From Mobula hypostoma (Eukaryota): a stretch of DNA of 64,000 bases. Shown here piece after piece: positions 62,656 through 64,000 of the stretch (its first letter is position 1; each line of letters starts with the position of its first letter). The DNA is taken from contig NC_086108.1 of NCBI RefSeq assembly GCF_963921235.1, positions 113,958,001 through 114,022,000 on the forward strand, given 5' to 3'. A model generated the notes under the pieces. That model saw only the letters and a program-made list of their open reading frames with translations. It had not been told where the DNA came from and did no database searches. Position numbers and translations under genes: made by a program.

Positions 62656-64000
62656 CCCTCTGACTCCATTTCAAAATTCTACAATCCCACCATATCTAGT
62701 GATAAATGACTGTGCACAATTAAATAAATAATTCCAGGTGGCTCCAGAACATTGCCCAGAATGCAAAACCGCAAGGCTTAAGTTTTGATATTCACCTAGT
62801 GGATAAGTCAACATCTCTGAAGATCTATCCTGGGCCCAACATATTGAAGCAATTATATGGCTATATTTTACTTGGAGTTTGTGAAGATTTGGTCTGTTAT
62901 CAAAGGCTCTAGAAAATTCCTACAGATGTACCGTGGAGAGCATTCTAACTGGTTGCATCACAGTCTGGTATGGAGGGGTCACTACACAGGATCAGAAAGA
63001 GTAGCAGAAAGTTACAAACTCAGCCAATTCCATCATGGGGCACTAGTCTCCCCAGTACCTAGAATATCTTCAAAAGGTGACATCCATCATGAAGGACCCC
63101 CATCACCCAGGACATGCCCTCGTCTCATTACTACCAGTAATGAGGTGCAGGTCAATGGGACTACGCAGATTAATGATTAAACATGGACTAGATGGGCCAA
63201 AGGGCCTGTTTCTGTGCTGTACTGTTCTATGAATAATTCATCACCATTTTCTGAAAACCAGTTCTCAGCCAACTCACCCACAATCAGTGACTCCTGGAGT
63301 CTAGATCAATGAATGCTGGGGTCTATGCTTGAAGTTCAAAATCGTGATCGAAGTCCGAAGTTGGAAGTCTGGGACCAAGGACTGGAGGCCCAGAGGCAGA
63401 TTGTCCAGGTGTTGGAACCCTACCCGAGTGTGGGTGGGTGGCTAAGAAGGTGGGAAAGGGACTTATTTTGCAGTGGTTTCCTTGTTCTATTTTGTTGTGC
63501 TGCTTGTGTTGTTCAGCTGAACAATGTGAGCATGGTATGTTGGTGCCAGAATGTGGGGGAACACTTGTGGAGGGCCCCCAGTAGTAAGACCATAAGACAC
63601 AGGAGCAGAATTAAACCACTCAGCCCACCAATTCTGCTCTGCCATTCAATCACGGCTTATTTACACTTCTCATACATAACCTTTGACACTAACTAAATAA
63701 GAACCTATCAACCTCCACATTGAATACACCCCGTGTTAACACAAACAACAAATTTCACTGTATGATTTGAAGTACACGTAATAGATAAATGTGAATTACC
63801 CCAAGATATATCAAGAATTGGTCAATGTGCAGATGGGCTGTTGTATGACAATAGAATCTATTCACCAACACTATAGTTTCATTGGATCCACCAGCAGCTT
63901 CAGAAACAGTTATTACCATTCAACTGTCTGGCTCCTGAACTAGCATGGATAACGTCATTCACCACAAATCATAACTAATTTTACAAGCTATAGACTTGCT

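Noticed and set aside
38568..64000. RABGGTB first exon/promoter or exons of a neighbouring gene
   Set aside because: The first coding exon is expected to contribute only ATG, too little to place by eye. No CpG island or other convincing exon was seen.

Overview
Eukaryotic, vertebrate-type genomic DNA. The repeat mix of CR1, Rex/Babar, Penelope and V-SINE-like elements suggests a cartilaginous fish, probably a ray, but that is inference. The only host gene I can support is RABGGTB (Rab geranylgeranyltransferase beta subunit) on the minus strand. Four coding exons (38567-38460, 29885-29688, 26956-26851, 2653-2601) have canonical AG/GT boundaries and splice into one open frame. The start-codon exon and the downstream exons were not located in the window. 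Almost all the rest is intronic or flanking DNA filled with decayed, nested transposable elements: CR1 and Rex/Babar LINEs, Penelope-like fragments, RTE/BovB-related SINEs, a full-length Charlie/Buster hAT plus a MITE derivative, three Tc1 elements, two solo LTRs and three local minisatellites. The most interesting signals are (i) short fold-back Penelope-derived insertions carrying minimal hammerhead ribozyme cores, (ii) an unexplained ~160 bp hairpin, (iii) a Tc1 built from two right ends, (iv) one 61-bp repeat on both sides of exon 4, and (v) no visible SNORD45 in its usual host introns. Boundaries of decayed repeats are approximate and family names come from motif recognition, not database searches.
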